A stretch of DNA of 64,000 nucleotides from an uncultured Cytophagia bacterium (lineage in GTDB: Bacteria > Zhuqueibacterota > Zhuqueibacteria > Residuimicrobiales > Residuimicrobiaceae): contig CAZISM010000008.1 of assembly GCA_964541895.1 (NCBI GenBank), positions 13,920-77,919 of the forward strand. The letters are read 5' to 3'. Made by a program: the position numbers and the translations under genes. Within the stretch, counting starts at the first letter, position 1. Every line of letters begins with the position of its first letter. Of the stretch, positions 43,711 through 55,700 are shown piece after piece. Under the pieces are notes generated by a model that was not told the DNA's origin, ran no database searches, and saw only the letters and a list, made by a program, of their open reading frames with translations.

Positions 43711-44364
43711 ATGAGATCCTTTGCCATTATCGGGCTTTCCAGTTTCGGCTATTTTCTCGCCAAATCGCTGGCCGAAAGCGGCCATCGTATTATGACGATC
43801 GATATCAACGAAGACAAGATCGAAAAGATCCGCAACCATGTGGATCGGGCCGTGATCGCCGATGCCACCGACCGGGACACCCTGCAGTCTCTGGGCCTGC
43901 AGGAATTCGATATGGTGGTGGTCAGCCTGGGCGATAAAATCGACGCCAGCATTCTCGTGGTCCTCTACCTGCGTGAACTGAAAGTAAAACAGATTATCGC
44001 CAAAGCGTTGACCGAAGATCACGGAAAAATACTCGACATCATCGGCGCTACCCGGGTCATTTTCCCGGAGCGCGATGAAGCGTACCGACTGGCGAAAACC
44101 ATGGAAAGCGATTTTCTCCTCGATACCATTCCTCTGACCGATGGCATCAGTATCATAGAAATCGGCCCGCCGGAGCCCTGGCTGGGCAAAACTCTGGGTC
44201 AACTGGATTTGCGCAATCGGTATGGCGTGCTGGTACTGATGGTCAAAGAGCTGATCCCGGAAAAAGTGGTGCTGATACCCACAGCAGACCAGCTGATCAA
44301 GGACAGTGATATCCTCATCCTCATGGGCAAGGATGAAGATCTGGCCAAAATCAGAAATTTGTAG
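43711..44364 (+). CDS. trkA: TrkA/KtrA potassium uptake regulatory subunit (RCK domain)
   Basis: MRSFAIIGLSSFGYFLAKSLAESGHRIMTID is a Rossmann GxGxxG-type RCK N-domain, with an RCK_C domain following. Confidence 0.85.
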   Translation: MRSFAIIGLSSFGYFLAKSLAESGHRIMTIDINEDKIEKIRNHVDRAVIADATDRDTLQSLGLQEFDMVVVSLGDKIDASILVVLYLRELKVKQIIAKALTEDHGKILDIIGATRVIFPERDEAYRLAKTMESDFLLDTIPLTDGISIIEIGPPEPWLGKTLGQLDLRNRYGVLVLMVKELIPEKVVLIPTADQLIKDSDILILMGKDEDLAKIRNL

Positions 44365-44372
44365 GAGGTGGC

Positions 44373-44822
44373 ATGGCGATACAACTCATCCGTATCGTAC
44401 GCGAGCGGGCTGATCAGGGATCGCGCTCGGATCGTCAGGCGCGATGTTTTTTCTGTACCGGAGAAGGAGATGTGTATAGCGCGCAATGGGAACCGAACAC
44501 GGACATCATGGAGTGCCAGGATTGCGTCCTCATTCGCGTCGAGCTGCCGGGTATCGGGCGTGATGACGTTTCGATACATCTGAAAAACGGCCGTTTGGAA
44601 ATTCGCGGTGTACGACGCGAAAATCGACCGGGTGACCCGGTCCATTATCACCAGATGGAAATCGCCAAAGGCCCTTTTCTGAAGGTGATCGCCATACCGG
44701 AAGACATTGAGCACAACGAGATCGCCGCTGTACTGTCGGAGGGCATTCTGGATATCAGAATATCCAAGGCCAACGCGGTGATAGAAATTCCGGTGTCGGT
44801 GAACAATGCGGAAACCAAATAG
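44373..44822 (+). CDS. Hsp20/alpha-crystallin family small heat-shock protein
   Basis: WEPNTDIMECQDCVLIRVELPGIGRDDVSIHLKNGRLEIRG is the alpha-crystallin domain signature. Confidence 0.8.
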   Translation: MAIQLIRIVRERADQGSRSDRQARCFFCTGEGDVYSAQWEPNTDIMECQDCVLIRVELPGIGRDDVSIHLKNGRLEIRGVRRENRPGDPVHYHQMEIAKGPFLKVIAIPEDIEHNEIAAVLSEGILDIRISKANAVIEIPVSVNNAETK

Positions 44823-44838
44823 CAAGATGGGAGTGTAT

Positions 44839-47214
<2,376 letters not shown>

Positions 47215-47253
47215 CGCCCATCCGTTCAGCCTTGAGCCTAATCGGGACTTTGC

Positions 47254-48678
47254 ATGCAAAACCTGGAACAACACTACCTGCATTATCGAGAAAGGTTATC
47301 AGCCGTCGGGCAGGAACATGTCTTGCGATTCTGGTCCACGCTGACGCCCGAACAAAAACAGCAGCTGCTGAATCAGCTGGCGAAACTCCAGATTGAGCAA
47401 TTGGCCGAACAGGCCGAGCTGATCAAGGGCCGACGTCAATCCGCCGCCGTCTGCCTGGAGGGTCTGCAGCCGTATCCGGCCATACCGGTTCCGCAGAGCG
47501 AAGCGGAACGGCAGCAGCATCGTGAAGCGGCACACGTCGGTGTTGAACTGTTGCGGCAGGGCAAGGTCGCTGTTCTGGTGGTCGCCGGCGGTCTGGGCAC
47601 TCGACTGGGCTCGGAAGAACCCAAGGGCACTCTGGCCATCGGGCCGGTTAGCGGCCGCTCCCTTTTCCAGTTTCACAGCGAAAAAGTGGTCCGCCTCGGC
47701 TCGCGTTACGGGCGGCCGCTGCACTTTCTGCTGATGACGAGCGAGAGCAATCACAGCCGTACCGAGCTGTTTTTTCAGCAGCACCGCTTTTTCGGCCTCG
47801 AGCGCTCCCGCGTTACTTTTTTCTCCCAGTCCTCTCAACCCGCTTTTGACAACGAGGGCCGTATTCTGCTGAATGCGCCGCATTCGCTGGCGCTGTCGCC
47901 GGACGGTCACGGCGGCCTGCTGCGGGCGTTGCAGCGCGACCAGATCATCGAGCGACTGATGCAGGACGGCGTCGAATACCTCTATTACTTTCAGGTGGAT
48001 AACGTGCTCAGCCGCATTGCCGATCCGGTGTTCCTGGGATTCCATGTGCTGCACGGTTCAGAGATGTCCTCCAAATCGGTGGCCAAGCGCAACGCGGATG
48101 AAAAAGTGGGCGTCTTTTGCCTGTGCGACGGCCAGGCGGTGGTGAAAGAGTATTCCGAGTTTCCAGCCGAGCTGCGCCAGCAACAGGAGAGCGATGGCCG
48201 CCTGCGCTTCCGCGAAGGCAGCATCGCCATCCACATCTTCAGCCTTGCGTTCCTGCAGCGGCTGCAACAGTCCGGCATCACCCTGCCCTACCATGTGGCT
48301 CATAAAAAAGTGCCCTGCATCGATGACCAGGGGCAGCTGCAGGAACCGGGTACGGAGAACGGTTATAAACTGGAGCAGTTCATATTTGATGCTTTGCCTC
48401 ATGCCCGCGCGAGCATGGTCATGCAGACGAGTCGCGAGGATGAATTCAGTCCGGTAAAGAACAATGAAGGCGTCGACTCGCCGGCCACGGCCAGACAGGC
48501 GATGTGCGATCTGTTCGGCCGGTGGGTGGAGCAGGCCGGAGGTTCCGTGCTCAGAGATTCACAACAGCATGTTGCCGTCAACCTGGAGGTGCGACCTCTT
48601 TTCAGCCTTGATGCGGACGAGTTCGCAGCAAGGGTTCCGCACGGCATTCGCCTAAGCAGCGACCATCTTTTTGAATAA
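47254..48678 (+). CDS. UDPGP-family UDP-sugar (UDP-GlcNAc/UDP-glucose) pyrophosphorylase, eukaryotic-type
   Basis: LVVAGGLGTRLGSEEPKGTLAIGPVSGRSLFQ nucleotide-binding loop and overall UDPGP type-1 layout (...YFQVDNVL...). Confidence 0.75.
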   Translation: MQNLEQHYLHYRERLSAVGQEHVLRFWSTLTPEQKQQLLNQLAKLQIEQLAEQAELIKGRRQSAAVCLEGLQPYPAIPVPQSEAERQQHREAAHVGVELLRQGKVAVLVVAGGLGTRLGSEEPKGTLAIGPVSGRSLFQFHSEKVVRLGSRYGRPLHFLLMTSESNHSRTELFFQQHRFFGLERSRVTFFSQSSQPAFDNEGRILLNAPHSLALSPDGHGGLLRALQRDQIIERLMQDGVEYLYYFQVDNVLSRIADPVFLGFHVLHGSEMSSKSVAKRNADEKVGVFCLCDGQAVVKEYSEFPAELRQQQESDGRLRFREGSIAIHIFSLAFLQRLQQSGITLPYHVAHKKVPCIDDQGQLQEPGTENGYKLEQFIFDALPHARASMVMQTSREDEFSPVKNNEGVDSPATARQAMCDLFGRWVEQAGGSVLRDSQQHVAVNLEVRPLFSLDADEFAARVPHGIRLSSDHLFE

Positions 48679-48802
48679 CATCCGGGACTTGGCTGCTGTC
48701 CCTGCACCCAGAGGGCAGGGAGGAGGCGGGAGGGCCTGGCATTTTGTCATGGCAGCGATATCTGGTCAGGTGCAACGGATCAAACCGGTATGAATTAAAG
48801 CA

Positions 48803-51800
48803 ATGACAACTCGGAATCCACATACGGTTGACAGCAGCGTGACGCCGCGAAAGAAAAGGCGTCTGTGGCGATGGCTGGCCTGGTTCGTGATCGCGACGGC
48901 GCTCTTGCTCCTGGTCGTAACGCTGGTCGCACGCCACTATTTGCGGCCGGATCGGTTGCGCCGCCTGGCGATCGAGACGGTCGAGAAAAGCATGCCGCGC
49001 AAAATGCACATCGCCGATTTCGATTACCATCTGCTCCACGGCCTGGTCCTGAAGGGGGTGAGCATCCATGCCGCCGACAGCCTGCAGGACCTCTTTCCGC
49101 TCCGTCATCTTTCTTTCAGAGAGATGCGTCTGCAGTACAGCCTGCGCGACCTGCTGCAGCGGCGATTCATCGTCAACGAGATCAGCCTGCTGGAGCCGGA
49201 GCTGGAGCTCTTTGTCGATATGTCCACTCCCAGCGCGATCGATCTGGAGGCTCTGCTGGCCACCAGCCTGCCGATCGACTTTGATGTCAAAAAAATTCGC
49301 CTGCAGGATGCGAAATTCAAGATCGTGCTGGCGGATTCACAATACAATCAATCCTATCGTGTCGGCCAGATGAGCATCCTGGTCGATGAACTCCATCTTC
49401 CCCAAAAGGGCTGGTCGGCCAACGATTCGCTGCTGCACGGCACTCTGCGCGTTCTCTGCGAACATACCTCCCTTCATGTGGAATACCTGGACATTCCCAG
49501 CAGCGCCCGCATGCAGCTGGACTCGGATCTTAATGTCGACAGTCGAATCGATATCCATTCCTTCCGCCGCATCAGGCTGAACACGGCGTTAAAGCTTGGT
49601 AATCTGCACCTGCTCTATGAACCTCAAACCGTTACCCTGCCGACGACCTTTAGCCTTGGCCTGGATGCGGACATAAACGCGAGAGAGGGCAACGTGGCTG
49701 TGCAAACGCGCCTGGCGGTGGATGACCGTGAATGGCTGGCGGCGACGGTCGCGGTGGACTCTCTTTTTCAGCAGCCGAAATATCGTGTGCATGTCAGCCA
49801 CGGCGAGATACCGCTGGCGCAGCTGTTACAGATGACCCGGCACGTTCTGCCGGATTCCCTCATCCCGGTCACGATTACCGAGAGTGCGCAGCCTGTGTTT
49901 CGCTGCGACGGCATGGTGCTGGAGGGGCGGCTGCCGTCTCCATCCTCGGACGGCAAAATGGATTTCAGAGTGAACGGACGTCTGAGCCACACCGATTTTT
50001 TCGATCCGGGCCGCTCCTGGCTGGCGCGCGGCGTCGGCTTTTCTGTCCAGGCCGAAGGACACGGCAACGGCAAAAGCTTGCACACGCTCACCCTGCAGGC
50101 CAATGCCGATCTGGACAGTCTGCACTATGCCCTGAATGATACCATGGCGGTTTTCTCCGGCCATGGACAGCTGTACTTTTATTCACGACTGAACGAGCGC
50201 TTGTTGCCCGAAAAAACCAGACTATCCTTTACCTTGGCCAACTGCATGGGCGGAGCCATGGAAGGCGAAATGGACTTGACCGGCGAGTTGGCCCTGGCCC
50301 GTTTGGCGGGCAAGGGTCGTTTTAGCTGGCTGGATATTCCGCTGCACCATCTGGCCGCCACGCCGGTGCAGGGCAACCTCTCCCTGCGTTCCGATTTCAG
50401 CCTGTCCGGATTGGACCACCTGGCGGCGACGGTCCAGCTGTCCACCACACCGCTGCTGGTGGCCACGGAGGAACGTCCGCTCTCGGTGTCCGGCTTGAGA
50501 TTCATCGGCCGTGTCAGAGCCGGGGTGGATACGACGTTTTCCCGAATGCATCTTGATTCCATCCGGATCAACCTGAACGACATCGCGCGGATGCACGGCC
50601 GTGCCGATGTGGATCTCGCCGCTGGAAATTTCACCGTGGACCTGGACGAAGCCCTGCTGGAACACAGCGCTTTGCTGAACTGGCTTCCCGGCAGCCTGAT
50701 AGAACAGTACGGTGAACTGGCCGTCACCGGTCAAACACGGTTGCAGGTGCATGGCAAAGGCTCCATGACGAACCGGCCCTTGCAGTATTATCTCACCGGC
50801 GCGCTGACAACACGGAATACCAGCTTTTATGATCCTGACCATTTTTTGGCGATCGGCGGACTGGGCGTTCAAGCCGCCTGGCAGGTCGATGATCGCTCCG
50901 GTTTAGCCGCGCAATTGCAGGTGACCGTTGACAGCCTGACCCTGTCCGGTGGCACCAATATCAGCTACCTGAACAATCACATAGCGTTGCAGTTATCCAG
51001 TCCGGATTTTGCCGGCTATACGATCAGCAAGGGCGAGCTGGCAATCCCTGATGTGCGATCCACGGCTACGTTCACCGCACACTGGCAGGACAGCACCGTC
51101 ACGGCGCAGCTGGCCATCCACCAGGCCATTCCGGATAGTTTTGTCATCCGCGATCTGGTCATGCGCGGGGCGACGGATGTGGTGCTGGGTGTACACGCGG
51201 ATCCTGCGCTGGTGAATGTCCTCGCCGAGATCCACAGCCGCAACTGGTCTCTGTCCATGCCGGGCCTGGCGGATGTGCGCGGTTTGCAGGCTGATCTGTT
51301 TGTTCAGCAGCTCTATGACGTGCGCAAAGGGCAGTTCCTCGGCAGCGACGAATATCTCATCGCCACGCCGGCGCATGGCGTGCTCGATTATTTTTTGTAT
51401 CGGGATTTTTTCCGCCAGCGGCAGCCCCACCTGTCGCGCATCACCATCGAGCAGGTGGAGATTATGAGCTATGCGCTGCAAAACATCCGCCTGGAGTTGT
51501 TGGCCGATCAGGGACGCATCGAAGTTCCGGCCCTTGAAGCCACCCTGCTGGGCGGGAACGTTACCGGACGTTTGAGCGTCGATCTGGCCGGCGGTGATCT
51601 GGCCGGCGCCAGCTATCGTATGAGCGGACATTTTGCCAACATCAATTCGTACCTGTTAACCCGGTACGCCGCCATTCCCAGGGACGACGGCGTGGTCAAC
51701 GGCAATCTTGAATTTCGTGGTTCCGGGCTGAACCCGGAAGAACAGATGGTGCTGGACGGCCATTTTTATATCACTCAAATCGGTCCTACGGCTGCGGCCA

Positions 51801-52054
51801 ATTTGTTGAACTATCTCGATCCCGAAGCCAAAGACAGCGGCATCAGCACCTCGCGCATGCTGATCCGAAACGGCTTTAAGCCGAAACTGATGTCGTTTGA
51901 TTTTCGCAACCTGCACATGTACCCGGTGATCGAGTTCGCCAAGCCGTGGTATCTGCCGCGCGGGTTGGATCGTATCGAGCTCAATCGTATTCCGTTGCAG
52001 TTTTTCATGAATCGTATGCGGGCGCGCGCCGGCTGGGAAACCGCCAGCCGCTAG
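48803..52054 (+). CDS. AsmA-like/TamB-like inner-membrane-anchored large beta-rich protein (1083 aa)
   Basis: N-terminal anchor RRLWRWLAWFVIATALLLLVVTLVARHYL followed by an about 1000-aa Gly/Leu/Ser-rich beta-strand-prone sequence with no other TM. Architecture of AsmA/YdbH/TamB family lipid-transfer proteins. Confidence 0.65.
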   Translation: MTTRNPHTVDSSVTPRKKRRLWRWLAWFVIATALLLLVVTLVARHYLRPDRLRRLAIETVEKSMPRKMHIADFDYHLLHGLVLKGVSIHAADSLQDLFPLRHLSFREMRLQYSLRDLLQRRFIVNEISLLEPELELFVDMSTPSAIDLEALLATSLPIDFDVKKIRLQDAKFKIVLADSQYNQSYRVGQMSILVDELHLPQKGWSANDSLLHGTLRVLCEHTSLHVEYLDIPSSARMQLDSDLNVDSRIDIHSFRRIRLNTALKLGNLHLLYEPQTVTLPTTFSLGLDADINAREGNVAVQTRLAVDDREWLAATVAVDSLFQQPKYRVHVSHGEIPLAQLLQMTRHVLPDSLIPVTITESAQPVFRCDGMVLEGRLPSPSSDGKMDFRVNGRLSHTDFFDPGRSWLARGVGFSVQAEGHGNGKSLHTLTLQANADLDSLHYALNDTMAVFSGHGQLYFYSRLNERLLPEKTRLSFTLANCMGGAMEGEMDLTGELALARLAGKGRFSWLDIPLHHLAATPVQGNLSLRSDFSLSGLDHLAATVQLSTTPLLVATEERPLSVSGLRFIGRVRAGVDTTFSRMHLDSIRINLNDIARMHGRADVDLAAGNFTVDLDEALLEHSALLNWLPGSLIEQYGELAVTGQTRLQVHGKGSMTNRPLQYYLTGALTTRNTSFYDPDHFLAIGGLGVQAAWQVDDRSGLAAQLQVTVDSLTLSGGTNISYLNNHIALQLSSPDFAGYTISKGELAIPDVRSTATFTAHWQDSTVTAQLAIHQAIPDSFVIRDLVMRGATDVVLGVHADPALVNVLAEIHSRNWSLSMPGLADVRGLQADLFVQQLYDVRKGQFLGSDEYLIATPAHGVLDYFLYRDFFRQRQPHLSRITIEQVEIMSYALQNIRLELLADQGRIEVPALEATLLGGNVTGRLSVDLAGGDLAGASYRMSGHFANINSYLLTRYAAIPRDDGVVNGNLEFRGSGLNPEEQMVLDGHFYITQIGPTAAANLLNYLDPEAKDSGISTSRMLIRNGFKPKLMSFDFRNLHMYPVIEFAKPWYLPRGLDRIELNRIPLQFFMNRMRARAGWETASR

Positions 52055-52088
52055 ACACCATGCGCGCCGTTTAGTAGGGAGGTATGGT

Positions 52089-52661
52089 ATGATGCGAAGG
52101 ATAGGGATCGTTCTCTTCGCCTCGGCGACTCTTTGGCTCGCCTGTTCGGTCAAGTTGCCGGAATTGACCTTCACCGGCGAAAAAACCGCTCTGGAGAACC
52201 AGGTCCTCGGCACCTATCAGCAGATCCAGAGCGATGCCTGGTTGATTGCATCGACGCGCTCCTTCGGCAGCGCGACCACCGATCTGTCAGCACCGAAACA
52301 GGAGGTGCTCGAAGCGGTGCAAAACCGCAAATTCAACAAGGACGACATCGACGAGTTCAAACGCGGCAGACTGGTCGGGGAGAACAATAAAGGCTATCTG
52401 ACCATTCTGGAAGGCAAAGAGTACACCGAAAAGGCGGAAGTCAAACGGGTGGTGGATCAGATCGTCAGCGAAGAAAATCGCGACCGCCAGATCATCTACG
52501 AACGGGTGATGGCGGTGAACATGGCCGCCAACCAGGCCGGAACGAACCGGGTGACCGAGATCTTTACCAAATTGAATTATGATGCTTCCGAGCCCGGCAC
52601 GCTGATCCAGACGGCGGACGGGCAGTGGATCGAAAAACCAAAACCGGGCAAGCAAGAGTGA
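52089..52661 (+). CDS. DUF1318 (YdbL-like) periplasmic lipoprotein
   Basis: AGGGAGG RBS 6 nt upstream. Lipobox LWLACS. C-terminal half KRGRLVGENNKGYLTIL...ENRDRQIIYERVMAVNMAANQAG...TADGQWIEKP aligns by eye with E. coli YdbL (GRVGETFYGYLVAL...NAERKASYQQLAKQN...INGKWVRK). Confidence 0.6.
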   Translation: MMRRIGIVLFASATLWLACSVKLPELTFTGEKTALENQVLGTYQQIQSDAWLIASTRSFGSATTDLSAPKQEVLEAVQNRKFNKDDIDEFKRGRLVGENNKGYLTILEGKEYTEKAEVKRVVDQIVSEENRDRQIIYERVMAVNMAANQAGTNRVTEIFTKLNYDASEPGTLIQTADGQWIEKPKPGKQE

Positions 52662-52787
52662 TTTTTTGCGGCAGAGCAAAAATGGATCAGCTCGTCAGGA
52701 GTGGTCTTGCACGTAACATGTTTAAATTTTTGAAAGCACGAAAGTCGGGCAGGTAATCGGATTCTCATCAAGATATTCTAATCTCGA

Positions 52788-55700
52788 ATGACGCTTGCAA
52801 ATAAAATATCCGGTCTCTTTTGCGGTCTATTTTTTTCCGCTGTCGCCATAGTGTCCGCCCAGCCGGCCGTGCCCGGGAATCGGGTCGATTTTCGCCAGGT
52901 CACCACGCATCCGGACGTGGATTTGTCACCGCGGTTGTCACCGGACGGCAAATGGCTGGCCTATGTGTCGCGGCAAACCTACAATTTTGATATCTGGATC
53001 CAGTCCAGCGGCGGCGGCCGCGCCCGCCAGATCACGCTTAACAAGGCGGATGATTTTTATCCGGTCTGGTTTCCGGACGGCAAGGCCCTGGCTTTTGTTT
53101 CCCACAGCAGCGATGCCGCCGGCGATATCTATCGCATCCGCTTCAAAGAGGTGGACGGACAGCTCATTCCCAGAGAAGAGCCGCACCGAATCACCTCCTA
53201 TCTGGGCTATGACGGCTATCCCACCGTTTCTCCGGATGGTAAAAAGATCGCCTTTGTCTCCAACCGCTCCGGCCGCGATGAAGTCTGGTTCTGGAACGAA
53301 ACCACCGCCAAAACCAATCAGCTGACGTTTCTTGGCGGCACGCAACCGGCCTGGAGCTCCAATCAGGAATTGATCGCGTTCACCTCGTTTCGTGCCGATT
53401 CCAGTGACAACGGCGATATCTATCTGATGAATCTTTCCGGGCCCAAACCCGCAGCCCCTTCTGCCCTGTGGGACGAGCGGGAGTTGCCGGTGTATCGCAT
53501 TACCACCGGCGTGGCGGTGGACGGATTTCCCGCCTGGTCCAAAAATGCGGATCGCCTGGCGTTTTTGCGATTCAACGACGATACCAACCATGACGGCTTG
53601 GTCACCCCGGCGGACCGCGGCTGTCTGTGGGCGGCGGATGTTTTCCCCTTCCCGCAAAACGCAGCCACCCTGTTCGCGAAACCGCTGCTGGCCGAGTCGT
53701 TCAATCCTTTGCTGGTGCGGGCCGCCATGGCCCTGACCTCCGGCGCCGAGCAGGTTATGCAACCCTGGTATGGCGCTGATCGGCGTGTCTATTTCACCTC
53801 CGACCGCGGCGGCAATCTCGATATCTGGTCGGTGCCGGACAGCGGCATGGTGAAAAAGATGAGCAATGCAACGGCACAGCGTGCGCTGGCGGACGAGGTG
53901 TTCCCCCTGGCATCCCGGTTTACGCGGCAGCAGCGGGGTCCGCTCTTTCTCGCCTACCGACAGCAGCCGGTGGATGAAGCCGATTATAAAAGATTGTGTG
54001 AGCGGCGGTTGGCGTTCGAGCGGGTGCTGGACTATTGCAGCGACGATGCGGCGCTCAGCGCCGAAGCCCTGTATGAGATCGGTTTGTGCCATTTGTATCT
54101 GGGCCGCCCGGCCAAAGCGCTCACCTACTGGCATTGGCTTCTGACCAGCCACAAACAGCAGCGCGAGATGTGCGCTTATACCGAGCTCGCCCTCCTGGGC
54201 TTGCAGGTGCAGGGAGAGGTGAGCCATCCCCGGACGCTGACGCGGGTGCGCACTCAGCTGGACAGTCTGATCCGCGTCTATGGCGATCAACCGCAGCCGG
54301 CCAGCGAGGCGCAGATCACCATCGGCGATCTCTATTTTCATGCCGGCGATTTCCAGCGGGCGTTTCGCGAGTACAGCAGGGTTCAGAAAGAGTACGCTTC
54401 GCAGCGGGACGCCTGCGCCCAGAGCCAACTCAAGATGGGCGATGTGTTTCAGCGTTACGCCACCCGCGATGAAGTGATCCGCACCTACCTGAGCGTGATC
54501 GAAAACTATCCTGAGCAGCGGCAATGGATGCAACCGGCGCGCGATCGCATTCTGGAGCTGCTCACGCGCGATGTCCGCAACGATGACGAACGCATCAGCC
54601 GCTATCGCGAAATTGTCGGCCAGTACAGCCGTTTTGCCTTGTTGGCTGCCGCCGCGCAACTGCGTATCGCCGACCAGCTCTACCAGAACGGCGAGTATCG
54701 CGCCGCCATCCGGGAATACGAGCTGGTCGAATCACTGTTTCCGGCGCTGACGGAGGAGGTGTTCGCCAGCCAGATGGCCAGCAGCCGCGCTTATCTGAAG
54801 CTCGGCGAAAACCTGGCTGCGTTTTCCCAGCTGCAAACGCTTTATGAAACGTACACCTCCAGCCGGCCTGACCTGGCGGAGCAGACGCGGGCGGCGCTGT
54901 TGTCCGCGCTGCTGGCCTCTGCGGATCAGCTGAAAGACAGCCGCGATTATGAACTGGCGTTGACGCGTTACCGGCTGGCGCGCGACTATGACCTGCGCAA
55001 CCTGCATGCCCATCGCGGTTATATCGAATGTATGTATTATTTGAAGCAGATCCATAACGCCGAAGTCGAATACGATGCGCTCAACCGCAAACATCCCCGT
55101 GACAACGTGCTGACCTATGCGTTGGGCCTGGTCTATTCCTACTGCGGCACCGAGCGCGCCGAACTGTACGGCGAGGCGGACGGCCTGGACCCGGAGTACC
55201 TGGTGCACAAGTCCAGCGCCACCATCGCCCGGGCGCTCTCCTACGATTACACCATGGTGCAGGCCTATCTCACCATCAGCTACAATTATGAAATGATGGA
55301 GAATTACGAAGGGCGCCGTCGCGCCAAACCAAAGCCGTGGTATAAAAAATTTTACAACACCGTCACAGCGCCGCTGGTGACCCTGTACCGCACCCTGACG
55401 TTTTATGAAGAGAGCCGGCCCAAACCCTACTATGAACGGGCCATTCACGAGCTCAACAAAGCGATCGTGCTCAATGATGAGAGCAAGGATCCCTATCTCG
55501 AAGCCGGCCTGGCCCTCAACCTGGCCAACAACTATTACAATCTCGGTGAATTCGGTTTTGCCAAAGCGTACGAGTTCTATCACATCAAGCTGAAATACGA
55601 TTCCACCTTTAATGATCCGAGACGGGAAGCGCTGATCTATGAACATATGGGCCATTGCGCTCTTGTCACCGAAGATGTGGAGCGGGGCCCGCGCTACCTG

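Noticed and set aside
52938-54659. 573-aa minus-strand ORF, and the many 60-170-aa ORFs inside 52788-61187
   Set aside because: They are shadow frames within the giant TPR-CHAT gene. The + frame is continuous for 2799 codons with coherent domain structure.
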